From Chiloscyllium plagiosum (taxonomy: Eukaryota), in contig NC_057756.1 of NCBI RefSeq assembly GCF_004010195.1, forward strand, positions 4,532,413-4,596,412: DNA of 64,000 nucleotides, given 5' to 3'. The notes below the pieces were generated by a model. It saw nothing but the letters and a program-made list of their open reading frames with translations, was not told where the DNA came from and made no database searches. Below, piece after piece: positions 60,748 through 64,000 of this stretch; position 1 is the stretch's first letter; every line of letters starts with the position of its first letter. Made by a program: the position numbers and the translations under genes.

Positions 60748-63265
60748 GTCTATAAAGACCGTGGTTTAAAATAGCAGTGGTGTGGCTAGTTCTCCCAGTT
60801 CAATATTTTTTCTCCTTTGTTTAGTTGTGTCAGCCAGAGAATCGGCTGAGAGCAAGAAAGTTTCATATTTCAGCATATGGTTCTTGTTTTTTTCTCTCTC
60901 TGTAATTTCTCTTACCTGTCAGAAACTGTGTTTGGTTTTACCTTTTGTCACGGCGTGTGTTGATGGGATGTTCCAGAAATTGAAGACCTCCTTATTGAAG
61001 TTATGGTGTCAGGAGAGTTAAGGTTTCCAATAGTTAGTTAAGTTATTCTAAACTATGTTTATTTTTGTTCGTGTTTCAAGTCTAGTGTTTAATCAAACAC
61101 TATTTTGCTTAAAGCCGAGTGGTTTGACTAATTGCATCACACCTTGAATATCCACGTCACATCTGCCTTTAAGATTCAAACTAAAGTTGCGATCTAGGCT
61201 ACCTTCGTGAAATGTTTGACAGGATCTGAACAGGTCCAAACCAGACTGGGGCCTCCTGTTAGGATTGATTCGATCTTTCCAGTTTGGGTTTCATGTCGTT
61301 GCAGTCAAAGGAATCGAGTAGTACATGCTAGTGTCTTTTGTTCGGGATGCTGAATTCGGTTGATTTAAACTGTGCTTGACGTATTTATGGCTCCTTACTG
61401 TCTCCAAGTGTTTGTAGTTTTGAAATAAGTGACTTTTTGGTTTTTACTAAAAGTAAGCAACGGAAAACTGTTGAAACTGACAGACAAACTGGAGTTGGAG
61501 TTGCATTGATCCATGAGGAAAAGCAATATAATTGCAGAAATAGGACGATATTCAAATTTGCTTGAAACGCTGTCGGAATCTATGTGAATAGCTAGAAGGC
61601 AATTGTAGATACGGCAGCTTGAACAAGAAAAAGAAATGAAACAGTTTGAATTATGGTCAAAGACATAGGAAAAAGAACAATAAAGAAAGGCCCAAGCAAA
61701 ACAAAAATAAAGCGGGGCGGAGTTTGAATCATAAATTGGAACTTAGACAGGACAGGACAACACGAGGACTGCAGTTCCACTTTGGTACCCTCCAGCCACA
61801 GGGATCAATGTTGATTTCAGCAGTTTCCTTATCACGCCTCCCCACCTTATCATAGATCCAACCCTCCAACTCGGCACCACCCTCTTGATCTGTCCTACCT
61901 GTCCATCTTGTGTCCCACCTATCCGCTCTACCTCCAATCCGATCTATCGCCATTACACCCACCTCCATCTAACTATTGCATCATCAGCTACCTCCCCCCT
62001 AGCCTGACCCCTCCCAGTTATCTCTCAGCTGTCCTGGGCCTCCCCAACATTCCTGGTGAAGAGCTGATGCTTGAAACGTCGACTCTTTTGTTCCTTGGAT
62101 GCTGCTTGACTGATTGTGCTATTCCAGCATCACACTATTTGACTTAAGCAGGAAAGCCAACCTGAAACATTGGAGGGGAACTTGAAAGGTATGCTTAGTG
62201 AGGAAGATAGTGAGGATGACCAAACTCATCGCAGTCAAAGGCCTGGTGGGGATCTCATTAAATATATGCAAGCATTGCCTAAATTTCATTAGAAGGGTGC
62301 AGAAGATATTTTCATCTCATTTGAGAAAATGACTAAAAAAATGAAGTAACCAGTGATTGTGTGGGTTTTGTTGATCCAAACAAAGTTGACATTAGACCTA
62401 ATTATGAATTTGCATTACTATCAGAACAGATAAGTTGGTACTATGTGGAGGAGAAGAAAGTCATCTTGAGTGCGTATGAAGACTAGAAACAACGTTTCAG
62501 GAACCTAAGGAAGGATTTTGGTTAAACAAATGTGAGTTAGAAAGGATCAAACAAAGAAATTTTGAAAGGGCATTAAAGTTAGATTAAACATAAGGAAACT
62601 ATAATTTTAGAGTTCAAAACCTAACTTTCTGAAATAGTGAGAACTCATGTGGAAGAGCAGAGTGTTAAAATGGTAAGGGCTAGCAGCTGAAATGCATGAG
62701 CATGAGTATGTTCATAAATCAAAATTCGCTTCCAACATCAATTTCAATCTGTGAGATACAGAAATTAAGAAAATGACAAATCCTCATGCAAGAAGTGAAA
62801 AGTAGATCTCGGTGAAGAAAATAAAGATATCTTACCAGAGCATAAACCTGAAACCAAGGAGGGGGAAGAGAAGTTAAAAAGCTTCAATCTTTTCAATGCA
62901 ATGAGTGGCCACATGAAATCATACTGTTGTTGGGTTAGAAGAAGTACTGGGAAGATGGAGTACGGAGAACAGGATCAGGCAGTAAAAGTGTTGAAGGGGA
63001 AAAGGAAAGCAAAGTAGAAGCTAAAAATCTGCACCATAATCGATAACCTGGTTGACGTTTGGTTAAGCAGGAAGGGCCGGATCTTCATAAACTATTTACT
63101 TGCGAAGGTAATTTTTACTCCTGTAAGCAAGGAGCATCACGTTATGATGTTACAGCATTAAGAGATGGGTCATGTTAATCTTTGATGTTGAAATATGGGG
63201 AGATATGCCAGTCAGAAAGACTATTTCTAGAAAATGTACTAGTTCATGAACTTCTTGGTGAGGTC
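60748..63265 (+). mobile_element. Truncated gypsy element: 5' LTR (~60748-61243), degenerate PBS, gag, start of protease
   Basis: CTGGGGCCTCCTGTTAGGAT after the LTR weakly resembles a tRNA-Pro PBS. gag remnants (FISFEKM, WVLLIQTKL, VILSAYE), knuckle-like FQCNE..HMKSYC and protease-like ALRDG (~63155). Confidence 0.8.
61755..62145 (+). mobile_element. PLE 3' fragment with pLTR, inserted in gag
   Basis: FHFGTLQPQG..VDF followed by a C-rich 3' region and ATTCCTGGTGAAGAGCTGATGCTTGAAACGTCGA. Confidence 0.8.
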
Positions 63266-63479
63266 ATTGGTATTGTTTCAGGACTCCTTTACAGTTCAAC
63301 AATGACTTACTCATTTTTTGCTGTGCAATACCGTGTCTAGGACAATGTAAATATTATATGGTTTCAGAATGTGCTTCACTGAGAAACTATTCAGCAAAGT
63401 TTCCATGATATCATTTTCTGGGACATATCTGCCCACTCGATTTGCCATTTGCCATGCAGCTTAAAATCTCCTCCAATTA

Positions 63480-63650
63480 TAGAACATCTACAGTGGAGAG
63501 ACATGCCCTTCAGCCCAACAAGTCCACACCGACCCTCCAAAGAGTAACCCACCCAGCCCCTTTCCCCAACGTTTACCCCTGACAAATGCACGTAACCTAC
63601 ACATCCCTGGGCACTACTGGCAATTTAGCACGGAAGATTCATCTAACCTT
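63480..63650 (-). mobile_element. SINE 3' half
   Basis: CCAACAAGTCCACACCGACC...GGCAATTTAGCACGG, the reverse complement of 40540-40660. Confidence 0.8.
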
Positions 63651-63869
63651 TGCTGCAGTGGTCTTCTGACAGCCTCTGGCTGCTAATTCCATTTTTCTCC
63701 TCGATACGAAATATTTACTAAGAGTGACCCATGGCTCCAATCCCAAAAGTGAATATTTGACTTTGTAATTTATTAACGTTTTTTCAATTATTGTTTTCTA
63801 AACTATGGTCATCCCTTTGTTTAGTCTTATAACATCAAAAACAAGCAAACGTATCTGAAAACATTTCCT

Positions 63870-64000
63870 AGTTCAAAGTTTGGGTGAAGATTTGTAGCTC
63901 GGGTGCTCGTTGTTGTGGTTCTGTTCGCCGAGCTGGAAATTTTTGTTGCAAACGTTTCGTCTCCTGTCTAGGTGACATCCTCAGTGCTTGGGAGACTCCT
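63870..64000 (-). mobile_element. PLE pLTR of the 3755-4380 family with an intact hammerhead motif (63948-63987), continuing beyond the window
   Basis: Near-identical to 3757-3885. Minus strand reads GCA-CTGAGGA-tgtcacctagacaggagac-GAAAC-GTT-TGC. Confidence 0.85.

Overview
Vertebrate genomic DNA, most likely from a cartilaginous fish. That assignment is inferred from the SINE, CR1 and Penelope repeat families and is not proven. The window is dominated by decayed retroelements: four Gmr1-like Ty3/gypsy copies (integrase precedes RT where both are visible), solo LTRs, Penelope-like elements (PLEs) with minimal hammerhead motifs, CR1-type LINEs, tRNA-derived SINEs and one Tigger-like MITE. The only clear host coding region is a + strand B30.2/PRY-SPRY terminal exon (45087-45607). 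Reading splice signals by eye shows it is preceded by about 14 symmetric phase-1 microexons (21-36 nt, mostly 27 nt) spread over about 34 kb (10145-44204). They join without stops into a ~134-aa charged stalk in frame with B30.2. This is a butyrophilin-like architecture with an apparently expanded, internally duplicated microexon array that the ORF track largely misses. The 5' part of the gene lies outside the window or was not recognised. All calls were made by eye, and TE boundaries are approximate.
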